From Opitutaceae bacterium (GTDB taxonomy: Bacteria; Verrucomicrobiota; Verrucomicrobiia; Opitutales; Coraliomargaritaceae), in the NCBI GenBank assembly GCA_051252375.1, contig JBPOFY010000004.1, positions 288,001-352,000 of the forward strand: a stretch of DNA of 64,000 nt, read 5' to 3'. Below, piece by piece: positions 1-9,505 of the stretch. A program made the position numbers and the translations under genes. A model generated the notes under the pieces. That model worked only from the letters and a program-made list of their open reading frames with translations, was not told the origin of the DNA and did not search any database. How positions within the stretch are numbered: the stretch's first letter is position 1; each line of letters begins with the position of its first letter.

Positions 1-1047
1 GATATCGCAGACGGCAAAATGGTGATCGTGACCGACGACGAAGCTCGCGAGAACGAGGGCGACCTCGTGATGGCGGCCTCCAAGGCCACCCCTGAGGCGA
101 TCAATCACATGGCGCTCCATGCCCGTGGCCTGATTTGTGTGCCCATGCTCGGCCACCAGCTACGCCGTCTCGCAATCAATCCCATGGCCGCGGAAAACCG
201 CGAGTCCCACCAGACCGACTTTGCGATCTCCGTCGATGCCGCCGAGGGCATTACCACTGGCATCAGCGCTTACGACCGCGCCACCACTATCCGCATCCTC
301 AGCGACCCCGAGGCGCACACCGATGCACTGGTTCAACCAGGACACGTCTTTCCGCTACGCGCCAAACCAGGCGGCGTGCTACAACGCGCAGGCCATACCG
401 AAGCAGCAGTCGATCTCGCCCAACTCGCAGGGCTCAACCCTAGCGGTGTGATTTGCGAGATCCTCAACAAAGACGGCAGCCTCGCCCGCCTCCCGGATCT
501 CATCGAGTTCAAGAAGGAGCATGGTCTCAAACTGATCTCGATCGCAGACCTGATCGAATACCGCCATACTCGCGACCGCTTGGTGGAACTGGTTTTGACC
601 CGCCCCTTCGAGTCCGACTTTGGCACCTTCGACCTCCATATTTTCCGCAGCGTGCTCGACGATCGTCAGCACATCGCCTTGACCAAAGGCACGCTCAGCA
701 AGGAACCGACACTTGTGCGTGTGCAGAGTGAAAACCTGTTGGCCGACATTTTCCGATCATCCAGCAGTGGCGGCTATAACTCGCTCAAGACCGCGATGGA
801 AGCGATCAACAAAGCCGGGCATGGCGTGCTCCTCTACATCGAGCAACCACAAGGCGGCGTCCGTATCATCGAAGGCAAAACCCGCGAGATTGGTCCGACT
901 AAAATGGACTTCCGCGACTATGGCATCGGCGCACAAATTCTCGTCGCGCTCGGCTTGCAGAAGATCCGCCTGCTCTCTAGCACGCAGCGCAAAGTAGTCG
1001 GCATCGACGGCTACGACTTAGAAATCGTCGAGCAGATCGAGATCTAG
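1..1047 (+). CDS. ribBA: Bifunctional DHBP synthase / GTP cyclohydrolase II-like protein (RibBA/RibBX), 5' end outside window
   Basis: Frame is open from base 1 (DIADGKMVIVTDDEARENEGD). RibB motifs RENEGD, GITTGISA, PGHVFPL and RAGHTEA. C-terminal GCHII-like domain (DFRDYGIGAQIL) lacks the Zn cysteines. Confidence 0.93.
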   Translation, partial: DIADGKMVIVTDDEARENEGDLVMAASKATPEAINHMALHARGLICVPMLGHQLRRLAINPMAAENRESHQTDFAISVDAAEGITTGISAYDRATTIRILSDPEAHTDALVQPGHVFPLRAKPGGVLQRAGHTEAAVDLAQLAGLNPSGVICEILNKDGSLARLPDLIEFKKEHGLKLISIADLIEYRHTRDRLVELVLTRPFESDFGTFDLHIFRSVLDDRQHIALTKGTLSKEPTLVRVQSENLLADIFRSSSSGGYNSLKTAMEAINKAGHGVLLYIEQPQGGVRIIEGKTREIGPTKMDFRDYGIGAQILVALGLQKIRLLSSTQRKVVGIDGYDLEIVEQIEI

Positions 1048-1105
1048 TTTCTTTCTGTAAAAGGAACGCTTGCTTTACTATGTCTATTAATTTCAAATAA
1101 TAACC

Positions 1106-4100
1106 ATGTATAAATTATTCAATACTACCCTACTACTTACCCTTACCGCTTTAACCTCCACCTACGCTTCCGAAACATGGGTCAACGCCGCACATGAATA
1201 TGCGGACATCGAAGGAAAGCATCATCGCTGGGATACACAGGCGCTAGGAGAGGCGCCCCAGATAAAACTACACGACGTATTGCTAGCATTACCCCATCCG
1301 GACAAATGGAGCGAACTAGAGGCGACCTACAACGCATCACTACCACAACACGGCACCAGCAAGGAGGAAGCCCTGCTCACTCGCCTCATGCTGGCTTACC
1401 TCAACAACGACCTCACTGCAGCAGAGGCCCTCTTGATCGATTTTGAAACACAAGTTGGATCCATCGAAGACTGGTATAGTGATACCAGCGAACTGCGCAG
1501 TCAGCTATTCGCAGTCCAGCAAGACACTCACCCCGAAAAAGCGCTCCATCAATTTAAGCTGCAATTAAAGTCAAACCAACCAATCAACGAAGCCGAGATC
1601 GCCGAGATCCTTGGCGGCCCAGAGATACTGGAACAGATTAAAGCATATACCGCTGCCCAGCAGGAAATCATGCTGACTTACATGAAGCTGTTTGAGAGCG
1701 GCATGCCCGAAGGTGGCGAAGCAGAAATCTTCGCGCTACAGGAGCGAGCCACGAAGCTACCAACAGCACACGCCGAAGCCGTGGCCGCGATGGAAGCACA
1801 TGAGGACAACCCTCTCGTTCAAAAGTATTTTGAGAATGGAATCAACCCGATGCAGGATATATATCTGCCAAGCATCCAAGTGCCTGACCTCATCACACTG
1901 ACCGACGAAGCCCAAGCCACAGAGCTGCTGCTTCAAGCGCTGCAAGCGAAGGTCGATCTCTCAATCGACAACGCCGATGCCACACTCCGCCTCGCCCAAA
2001 AGTTGGCTTTGGAAAACATCGATACACTCGCTGCCCCACAATGGGGACTGGCGCAATCAATCGATCAAGTCGCGCTCTACGAAGCGATGAACGCAAAGTT
2101 TCCGACGAAAGTAGAGAACAACTACAACTACCAGCGCAAGAATGCCACGGGGTATTACTTCTGGGGGCTGGTCGCTGCCGACCGTGCCACCGAAGCCATG
2201 GAATTGATCCGCAGTATTCCCGACCTACAGGATTCCTTACCTTGGGACGCGGTCCGCTCACTCAAAAAAGCCGGCTACACCAATGAAACCTGGAATTTCC
2301 TCGATCAACTACTCGCCACATACCCTGAGGTAGAACTCTGGGACGACTACATGGCACTCTCCGCAGAGTTGAATAAAAATGAAGCCATGCTGGCACGTGT
2401 GAAAGCAGCCATCGAAAACAAAGATAGCGATCATGCAGCCGTTATCGAAAAGCACCAAATTCTCGCTTCTGCCTATCTCGCCAGTGATGACATCGAGCAA
2501 GCTGTCCTACGGCTCCTAGAAGCCCTTAAAGTCGAGGCGGACTCCTCCGAGGCGAAGCAAGCGCAATACGAAGTGGCGACAAAACTAATCGAAGTGGGTC
2601 ATCTAATAAACAACTCCGCATGGGTCAAAGAAGGCTTCGCCGAGGCAAAGGTCGACGGCTTGGATTTCCAAACTGAATATGGCAGCATCAACGCATCTCC
2701 TTATCGCGATTTAATCAGACTCAAGATAACAACTGGGGATCGTGCAGGCGCTATAGATCTCGCCGATGCATTGATTCAACGTCTCGAATCAAGTGGTGAG
2801 GCACTCGTCGCCAAGCAGGCAAAAAAGACGAAAGAAGAAGACTACTATCGTGGTAATGATTACAAAACAATCGAAGCCTTTCGCGCTGACAATAAGCGCG
2901 AGTATCAAGATGCATTGATCATGAAGATGGGACTGCTCGTCTCGAACAAAGATTATACCGCCGCCTTAAAATTATTAGATGAAAGCACACTTTGGCTGAC
3001 TCATGATGCGATCGAACTCTTAGCTCGTGGTGATGCCTCACCTGAGAACCGCCGCTTTGGCTGGCTACTCGCCAAGACACTCCAGCATTCAGGCAAGACC
3101 GATGCAGCCGCCATGACTCTCGAAGCTTTGCTCAAACAAGACAACGGCTACGACCCCGCCTATGCGCTCTATTTAGAAATCAAAGGCGCTGACGCTCTCG
3201 GCTTTTTTGACAAGCTCTTCGCACTCGATCAATTTCAAGAGCGCCCACTTATTTGGAAAGCACAGCACCTCGTCAACGAAGGCGATTTGAGCGCAGCCGA
3301 AGCGATTGCGAAACAAGCGATCGCCATCGACCCCTCCGACGGCGAGCAACCGCGCAACGACCGTATGCGCGTCTATGATGTGATGCGTCAGATTCGCGCC
3401 GCACAAGGCAACAACAAGGAAGCGAAGTTCTTCGCTGATGTCGTCAAAGCGATCCGCCACTCCGAAAATGCCGATCAGTTTTACAGCGCAGGTCTCTACC
3501 TTCAGGCCATTAAGCGCTACAAAGAATCACTCACTTTCTTTGCCGACGCTTATTGCGTGCAATCACGACTCGCAGTGCGCCTCTACGATGAAGGCCGCGT
3601 CGATGAAGCAGCGATTCACTACAAAAAAGCTTACGAGCTCATGCCGTCCAGCTTCGGACGTGTCGAGAGCCATTGCTTCGGCTGCGAGAGCGTTTTCAGC
3701 GGCGAGAAGCCACAATCCATCGCCGATGAAGTGTTCAGCAACTTGCTCATCACTCAGCCCGAAGTGCCTCAAGTCCACTACCTGATTGGCTATCTCAGAG
3801 ATCACCAAGAGCGCGAAGTCGAAGCAATGAAGCACTTCCAAGATGCCGTCGCCTTGGATCCCGACTACCTCAACGCATGGGAAAAAATCGCCTCGCTCAG
3901 CGAGCGTATGCACATGACCGCAGCAGAAAAAGATAAGTTGATTTTAAAGATCTATTCGCTCGATCCGATGCAGAACCATTCATCCGCCGACCTAGGAGAA
4001 GTCTCCGACCTCAAGGCTGTATGGACTGCCGTGCTCAAGAATCAGGAACTGGTCGACCTTATCCCGACTCCTAAGTCAGTCTATCCTTTCAAAGCGGCTG

Positions 4101-4246
4101 CCAAGTTGCCTGTAACCACAGCCCAATCTGGCTTCGACTACATGATGGAGAACGTCATCAAACATCCAGCCGACGCACTAAAACAAAATCAAGTGATTGA
4201 ATCGATCGAAGCACTGTTCATCGACCTCGGGAATTTAGAGATTTAA
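1106..4246 (+). CDS. Large secreted TPR-repeat protein (1046 aa)
   Basis: N-terminal signal peptide (LLLTLTALTSTYA). Many TPR-like helices (AEAIAKQAIAIDP, AMKHFQDAVALDPDY). C-terminal HCFGC motif. Confidence 0.8.
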   Translation: MYKLFNTTLLLTLTALTSTYASETWVNAAHEYADIEGKHHRWDTQALGEAPQIKLHDVLLALPHPDKWSELEATYNASLPQHGTSKEEALLTRLMLAYLNNDLTAAEALLIDFETQVGSIEDWYSDTSELRSQLFAVQQDTHPEKALHQFKLQLKSNQPINEAEIAEILGGPEILEQIKAYTAAQQEIMLTYMKLFESGMPEGGEAEIFALQERATKLPTAHAEAVAAMEAHEDNPLVQKYFENGINPMQDIYLPSIQVPDLITLTDEAQATELLLQALQAKVDLSIDNADATLRLAQKLALENIDTLAAPQWGLAQSIDQVALYEAMNAKFPTKVENNYNYQRKNATGYYFWGLVAADRATEAMELIRSIPDLQDSLPWDAVRSLKKAGYTNETWNFLDQLLATYPEVELWDDYMALSAELNKNEAMLARVKAAIENKDSDHAAVIEKHQILASAYLASDDIEQAVLRLLEALKVEADSSEAKQAQYEVATKLIEVGHLINNSAWVKEGFAEAKVDGLDFQTEYGSINASPYRDLIRLKITTGDRAGAIDLADALIQRLESSGEALVAKQAKKTKEEDYYRGNDYKTIEAFRADNKREYQDALIMKMGLLVSNKDYTAALKLLDESTLWLTHDAIELLARGDASPENRRFGWLLAKTLQHSGKTDAAAMTLEALLKQDNGYDPAYALYLEIKGADALGFFDKLFALDQFQERPLIWKAQHLVNEGDLSAAEAIAKQAIAIDPSDGEQPRNDRMRVYDVMRQIRAAQGNNKEAKFFADVVKAIRHSENADQFYSAGLYLQAIKRYKESLTFFADAYCVQSRLAVRLYDEGRVDEAAIHYKKAYELMPSSFGRVESHCFGCESVFSGEKPQSIADEVFSNLLITQPEVPQVHYLIGYLRDHQEREVEAMKHFQDAVALDPDYLNAWEKIASLSERMHMTAAEKDKLILKIYSLDPMQNHSSADLGEVSDLKAVWTAVLKNQELVDLIPTPKSVYPFKAAAKLPVTTAQSGFDYMMENVIKHPADALKQNQVIESIEALFIDLGNLEI

Positions 4247-4356
4247 TCTGGAGGGCAATGCTACGTTCCAGCCTGAGCCTGCCGAAGTGCCATTGCCGTT
4301 AAACGTCGTAACCGCATCGAATCGACGGCGGTTGCGACGGAGCGCAACCCTCCAGA
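4247..4356. repeat. GGAG-type REP pair (REPIN/BIME-like) between convergent genes
   Basis: Terminal inverted repeat TCTGGAGGG (4247-4255) / CCCTCCAGA (4348-4356). Each arm has an internal hairpin: GGCAATG..CATTGCC and GGTTGCG..CGCAACC. Confidence 0.7.
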
Positions 4357-4363
4357 AATACGC

Positions 4364-5110
4364 TCAGTCTTCCTTTTTCAAAATGATGGCGCCCGCATGA
4401 TAGAGGTCGCGGTTGCTGGCTTGAAACTCTGCCTTTAGGCGCACTTTGAAATCAATCAAATCCACCACGCGCCAAGACTGCAATAGCCAGCGATCTCCCA
4501 TGCGACCTTGATGGGAAACACCAACGATTAAGTGGCTGGCATCTTCGGTAATTTTATTAGTGCTACGCTGCGGCTCGAAATAGAAGGTGCGAAAGCTACT
4601 CCTCTCACTGCCCGCTTTATAGACTTTAGGGTCGATGTAAAAGATACGCCCGGAAGCCTCATGCAGCAGTCGGATATCCGGATAACCCGAGCGCTGAAGA
4701 TCGCCCAATGCATTGACAGGCACGCCGCAAGTCAGCCCCTCCATAGCATTCAGTGCTTTGATTAAGGTGTCCTCCACGTGGCGACTGATTTCATTCACTC
4801 GACCCACTTGATGAATCGGATGTTCCGCCTGAGCCAATGTTACAAAAGTTTGATCCATGGCGCTTCCTAAGGCTGCGAGCATGGCCGCATCGACAGGGTC
4901 TTCGGCATTAACGGGAAGCACCGAGCAACCCGAAGTGGCGCGCACGACTTCCGCGAATGACACGACCTGTAAAGGTGCCTCGTCTTCAAGCAACCAAGCG
5001 ACAAAAGTCTCTACCCGCGACAATGATTCTGTCTCCGTGGTAGCGAGTTGTCCGAACGCAGTGCTACCGACGAGCAATGATATGATGACGCTCAGACTGA
5101 TGAATCGCAT
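4364..5110 (-). CDS. Exported hypothetical protein with PD-(D/E)xK nuclease-like motif
   Basis: Signal peptide MRFISLSVIISLLVGSTAFG. Motif NEISRHVE..GYPDIRL..YIDPK. Confidence 0.65.
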   Translation of the reverse strand: MRFISLSVIISLLVGSTAFGQLATTETESLSRVETFVAWLLEDEAPLQVVSFAEVVRATSGCSVLPVNAEDPVDAAMLAALGSAMDQTFVTLAQAEHPIHQVGRVNEISRHVEDTLIKALNAMEGLTCGVPVNALGDLQRSGYPDIRLLHEASGRIFYIDPKVYKAGSERSSFRTFYFEPQRSTNKITEDASHLIVGVSHQGRMGDRWLLQSWRVVDLIDFKVRLKAEFQASNRDLYHAGAIILKKED

Positions 5111-5156
5111 GACACGAGCATTGCGAGAATCCGCGCGGGGTCGATTCTAACTTTAT

Positions 5157-5230
5157 GGTAGGGACGGCTGCCTCAGCCGTCCGCGGCAACTCGCAACATA
5201 ATCGTACGCCCGGGGGCAGGCGTCCCTACC
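5157..5230. repeat. GTAG-type REP pair (REPIN-like)
   Basis: GGTAGGGACG (5157-5166) and CGTCCCTACC (5221-5230) are inverted. Left arm hairpin GGACGGCTG-cct-CAGCCGTCC. Confidence 0.75.
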
Positions 5231-5249
5231 CCGTGCAAAATCACGACAC

Positions 5250-5277
5250 AAAAAAGCCCGACCGAAGTCGGGCTTTT
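5250..5277 (-). terminator. Rho-independent terminator of fabF
   Basis: AAAAAAGCCCGAC-cgaa-GTCGGGCTTTT; U-tract on the minus strand. Confidence 0.85.
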
Positions 5278-5299
5278 GAAAATGCTATTCTAGGATGAA

Positions 5300-6556
5300 C
5301 TAAACAAACTTCTTGAAGAGAAGCGTTGCGTTGTGACCACCGAATCCGAGGTTGTTGCAAATCGCGACATTGACTTCGGCATCGCGTGCTTCGTTTGGCA
5401 CACAGTCCAAATCACAGTCTGGATCGGGATCGGTGTAGTTGATCGTCGGCGGCACTTTGCCGTCGCGAATCGCGAGCGCACAAACCGCAGACTCAATACC
5501 ACCGGCAGCACCAAGCAAGTGACCAGTCATCCCCTTCGTGGAAGAGACGGGAATCTTGTATGCGTGATCGCCGAGAGCTTTCTTGATCGCACCTGTTTCG
5601 AACTTGTCGTTGTAAGGTGTGGAAGTGCCATGCGCGTTGATATAGCTGACATCTTCAGGTTGAAGACCTGCCTGCTTAATCACTTTAGTAATGGCGGCAC
5701 CAAGGGCTTTACCTTCGGGATCTGGAGAGGTGATATGGTAAGCGTCGCAAGTCGCACCGTAGCCAGCAATCTCACAAATGATGTTGGCACCACGCGCTTG
5801 TGCGTGCTCCAAAGTTTCCATGACCAACACGCCAGAACCTTCACCCATGATGAATCCATCGCGACCCTTATCGAAAGGACGGCTGGCTGTCTGTGGGGCG
5901 TCGTTATAGCTCGTGCTCATGGCTTTCATGGAACAGAAGCCGGCATAACCGAGTTCTGTCACTGCAGCCTCACTACCACCAGCGAGCATGATGTCTGCAT
6001 CGCTATCGCGGAGCATTTTAAAAGCTTCACCGATACTGTGTGTGCCGGAAGCACACGCACTGACGATGCCGTAATTCGGACCACGTGCACCCACTTCAAT
6101 CGCAACCACACCGCTTGCGATGTTGGCGATCAAGGAGGGAATCATGAATGGCGATACCTTACGCGGGCCACCTTCGTAGAGGCGACGGCTTTGCGTCTGG
6201 ATCGTGATCATGCCGCCGATACCAGAACCGATGAGAACGCCAAAGCGATCAGCATCGAGTGTCGTGGGGTCGAGGTCGGCATCTTTCAATGCGAGACGAG
6301 ACGCTGCGACAGCGAATTGCGTGTAACGGTCATTTCGACGGGCCTCTTTCGGGTCCATGTAATCACCCGCGTTAAAGTGGAGCGCTTCAGCCCCAACCTT
6401 TGACGGGTAATCGGTGATATCGAAAGATTGAACGGTGTCGATTCCGCTCTTACCGGCGAGGATGTTATCCCAAAAGGATTCGACGCCGTCACCGTAACTG
6501 GTGACAGTTCCGATTCCTGTAATGACTACTCGGTTTCGTTTAGGTGCTTCGTCCAT
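5300..6556 (-). CDS. fabF: 3-oxoacyl-ACP synthase II
   Basis: RVVITGIG, SACAS (catalytic Cys), INAHGTST, TGHLLGAAG, NNLGFGGHN. Confidence 0.97.
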   Translation of the reverse strand: MDEAPKRNRVVITGIGTVTSYGDGVESFWDNILAGKSGIDTVQSFDITDYPSKVGAEALHFNAGDYMDPKEARRNDRYTQFAVAASRLALKDADLDPTTLDADRFGVLIGSGIGGMITIQTQSRRLYEGGPRKVSPFMIPSLIANIASGVVAIEVGARGPNYGIVSACASGTHSIGEAFKMLRDSDADIMLAGGSEAAVTELGYAGFCSMKAMSTSYNDAPQTASRPFDKGRDGFIMGEGSGVLVMETLEHAQARGANIICEIAGYGATCDAYHITSPDPEGKALGAAITKVIKQAGLQPEDVSYINAHGTSTPYNDKFETGAIKKALGDHAYKIPVSSTKGMTGHLLGAAGGIESAVCALAIRDGKVPPTINYTDPDPDCDLDCVPNEARDAEVNVAICNNLGFGGHNATLLFKKFV

Positions 6557-6565
6557 AAGAGTTTA

Positions 6566-6596
6566 TAAAAACTAAGCCGCGGTTAAGCGGCTTAGT
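6566..6596 (-). terminator. Intercistronic hairpin/terminator between acpP and fabF
   Basis: ACTAAGCCGC-ggttaa-GCGGCTTAGT, followed by a T-run on the minus strand. Confidence 0.6.
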
Positions 6597-6618
6597 CGTT
6601 AAAATGTAGAGAGTGGAA

Positions 6619-6873
6619 TTATCCAGCTTTCTCGGTGATGTATTTGACGACATCGCCCACAGTCTGGAGCTTTTCAGCGTCGGACTCAGGGATTTCTCCG
6701 TCGATTTCATCGCTGAACTCTTCTTCGAATGCCATGATCAACTCGACTGTGTCGAGTGAATCAGCACCCAAATCGTCGAGAAACGATGCTTCTGGTGTAA
6801 CCTGCTCTTCATTTACGTTGAGCTGGTCTACGATGATTGTCTTTACGCGTTGTTCGATTGTTTGATCGGCCAT
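6619..6873 (-). CDS. acpP: Acyl carrier protein
   Basis: [20 protein letters not shown]; lies between fabG and fabF. Confidence 0.97.
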   Translation of the reverse strand: MADQTIEQRVKTIIVDQLNVNEEQVTPEASFLDDLGADSLDTVELIMAFEEEFSDEIDGEIPESDAEKLQTVGDVVKYITEKAG

Positions 6874-6907
6874 ATTTTTCTAGGTTTGAGTGAAAGGAAT
6901 CTCAGCA

Positions 6908-7654
6908 TCACATCACCATACCACCGTCAACAGTAAAAACTTGACCGGTGATATAGCCTGCTTCTTCTGAGGCGAGAAATGCGGTTGTGTGAGCGATGTC
7001 TGCAGCGGTTCCCATGCGTTTCATGGGAATCATGCCGACGATGGCTTCCTGCTGTTTTTCATTTAATTCAGCAGTCATGTCTGTCGCAATAAAACCAGGT
7101 GCAATCGCATTAACGGTTACATTGCGTGCTGCAAATTCTTTGGCAAGACTCTTTGTGAGGCCAAGCATACCAGCTTTTGCAGCGGCGTAATTCGCCTGAC
7201 CAGCATTACCAGTCAGTCCGATTACGGAGGACATATTGATGATACGACCCCAGCGCTTGCGCGTCATAGGGCGAGCCAAGTACTTAATCCAAGTAAAGCA
7301 GCTGGTTAAATTTGTCGCGATGACATCTTCCCAATCGTCATCGCTCATACGGAAAAGGAGACCGTCGCGGGTGATCCCTGCGTTGTTTACCAAAATATCG
7401 ATATTGCCATGCTCTTCGAGGAGCTTTTCGCAGGCTGCCTTGACGCCGGCCTTGTCAGCCACATCAACCGCCAAAGATTGGGCAGAGCCGCCACTCGCGT
7501 TAATCGTATCTGCAACTGCACCGCAGGAACCTTCCGAGCGGCTGACGCAAATCACGTGGTGTCCCTTAGAGGCAAGAAGCTCGGCGATGTCCTTGCCGAT
7601 CCCACGTCCGGCACCAGTTACAAGGGCAATTTTTTTGTCAGTCGAATCAGTCAT
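6908..7654 (-). CDS. fabG: 3-oxoacyl-ACP reductase
   Basis: TGAGRGIG, NNAGITRD, GNAGQANYAAAK, VDGGM. Confidence 0.96.
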   Translation of the reverse strand: MTDSTDKKIALVTGAGRGIGKDIAELLASKGHHVICVSRSEGSCGAVADTINASGGSAQSLAVDVADKAGVKAACEKLLEEHGNIDILVNNAGITRDGLLFRMSDDDWEDVIATNLTSCFTWIKYLARPMTRKRWGRIINMSSVIGLTGNAGQANYAAAKAGMLGLTKSLAKEFAARNVTVNAIAPGFIATDMTAELNEKQQEAIVGMIPMKRMGTAADIAHTTAFLASEEAGYITGQVFTVDGGMVM

Positions 7655-7791
7655 TCAGTAAATTATAAGTCAAAGTCGGTTGAATCATTAAAACAGATAA
7701 AGTTCACAGTATTTCTATAGATGGGGGCAAGCACGAATGTTAACTCCAAGCAACATTGACAGCAGGGCCTGATTTCGGCTCAAGTGCAGGT

Positions 7792-8523
7792 ATGTCAGAC
7801 CAGGAAGAACAGCGTATTCAAAAAATTATAGCCAATGCAGGCCTCTGCTCACGTCGTGAAGCAGAGCGCTACATCGAAGACGGCAAGGTGCGCGTAAACG
7901 GCAAAGTTGCCGAATTAGGCGACAAAGCACTTCCGAGTGCGGCCATTTTCGTTAACAACAAGCCATTGCTAATGAAACAGGAGCGCATCGTCACCCTGAT
8001 CATGAATAAACCCAAGGGCGTGATGTGCACCAACTCCGATCCGCATGCGGACCGGACCGTGTTCGACCTGCTGCCTGCAGACTTGCTCCGCTTGCGCCTT
8101 TTTTGTGCGGGACGACTGGACAAAGACAGTGAAGGTCTGCTCGTGATCACCAACGACGGCGATCTCGCACACCGACTCACCCACCCAAGCACCGAGATCG
8201 TGAAGCGCTACCGGGTAGTCCTCCACCGCGATTTCAACAAAGAGGACATTCCAAAACTCCTTAAAGGCGTTGAATACGAAGGCGATTTCCTCAAGGCCGA
8301 AAAAGTCCTCCCCGCTCCACAGATCGGCGAGGGCCATCAGCGCCGACTTGAAGTGCACCTACACCACGGTAAGAAACGGGAGGTGCGTCGTCTCTTCGAG
8401 GCCAACCGCTATTTCGTCAAAAAACTCGTCCGCGTGCAAATCGGTGGCATCATCTTGAAAAACATTCCCAAAGGCGGCATAAAGATCCTCGGTAAAAAAG
8501 ACATCGAGCGCCTCTTCGCTTGA
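7792..8523 (+). CDS. rRNA pseudouridine synthase, RsuA/RluB family (S4 domain)
   Basis: RIQKIIANAGLCSRREAE, NKPKG, GRLDKDSEGLL, GKKREVRR. Start moved to ATG 7792 because TTG 7756 is part of a TTGACA box. Confidence 0.9.
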   Translation: MSDQEEQRIQKIIANAGLCSRREAERYIEDGKVRVNGKVAELGDKALPSAAIFVNNKPLLMKQERIVTLIMNKPKGVMCTNSDPHADRTVFDLLPADLLRLRLFCAGRLDKDSEGLLVITNDGDLAHRLTHPSTEIVKRYRVVLHRDFNKEDIPKLLKGVEYEGDFLKAEKVLPAPQIGEGHQRRLEVHLHHGKKREVRRLFEANRYFVKKLVRVQIGGIILKNIPKGGIKILGKKDIERLFA

Positions 8524-8563
8524 TACTCGTCAAACCGCCTATCCATCGACACATATTGATACC

Positions 8564-9478
8564 ATGCAGCGCACTTTAAGATTCACACTGGCACTTCTAT
8601 TTTGCACCACCGCAGGCTTACAGGCCGGCGACGTGCTTTTACGACTGAGTCCGGACGCTAATGCCCCGACAGTTGCTCGTGTCGACGAGACAAATTCAAC
8701 CATTCAGCGGAGCACCCAAGTTGCCAATCCCTTCTTGGCTCAAAATGGCTGGAAGCAAAGCCAACACAAGGTCTCCATCGATGGCTACATTTCGACCGCT
8801 AAGATGTCGAAGAACTTCGAGATCGAACTGCAAACACCTCTCTCCGCCAACTCCAATCTCAGCGGCACACCACTCACTCGCATCGAAAAATCCGATCAGA
8901 TCAAAGTGCTGAAAGTCGACGACCAGTGGGCACAACTACGCATCACTAAAACACTCCCAGTTTTCTTTCAACAGCGCACTAGACCGGTAACCCCCCTGGC
9001 ACCGATCACGATGAACGCTAAGCCGACATACCGCCAGGAAACGAACGACAAAAGCTATCTCAACGACTTTGACCCCGCTCGCGGCGTAGGCATCACCCGC
9101 CCCGAAGCCCTACCACCGGAAAACGTAGTCTGGACGAGCTCCAACAGTGCGCCGATCCCTCGCCCCGCACCGAAGGCAAACGCACGCTCCATCAACCCAA
9201 CTACACAAAGAACTTTAGCCCCAGCAACCACGCAGACCACCTACGCGGAAGGCATCATTTACCGCTTCTCCGGCACCCTAGTTCAAGCGGGCAATGCATT
9301 GCAGCTCGAAGATGGCCAAGGTAACCGCTTGGTAAACGTCGACATCTCGCAAATGTATATCAACGACATAGGCCCCTATCTCGACAAGAAAGTTCAAATC
9401 CACGGCGAGGTCCAATTAAGCGAAGACCGCAACCAAGTGATTGCCATCACCGCGCGCACCATTCGTATCGGCCTATAG
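8564..9478 (+). CDS. Secreted hypothetical protein (SH3-like segments, Pro-rich linker)
   Basis: Signal peptide. LRLSPDANAP and IKVLKVDDQWAQL resemble SH3b strands. Confidence 0.6.
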   Translation: MQRTLRFTLALLFCTTAGLQAGDVLLRLSPDANAPTVARVDETNSTIQRSTQVANPFLAQNGWKQSQHKVSIDGYISTAKMSKNFEIELQTPLSANSNLSGTPLTRIEKSDQIKVLKVDDQWAQLRITKTLPVFFQQRTRPVTPLAPITMNAKPTYRQETNDKSYLNDFDPARGVGITRPEALPPENVVWTSSNSAPIPRPAPKANARSINPTTQRTLAPATTQTTYAEGIIYRFSGTLVQAGNALQLEDGQGNRLVNVDISQMYINDIGPYLDKKVQIHGEVQLSEDRNQVIAITARTIRIGL

Positions 9479-9505
9479 TCCCCCTTTATTCAACCACTCA
9501 TCATC

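Noticed and set aside
4364..5110. Restriction-modification system
   Set aside because: No methyltransferase nearby, and the protein appears exported.
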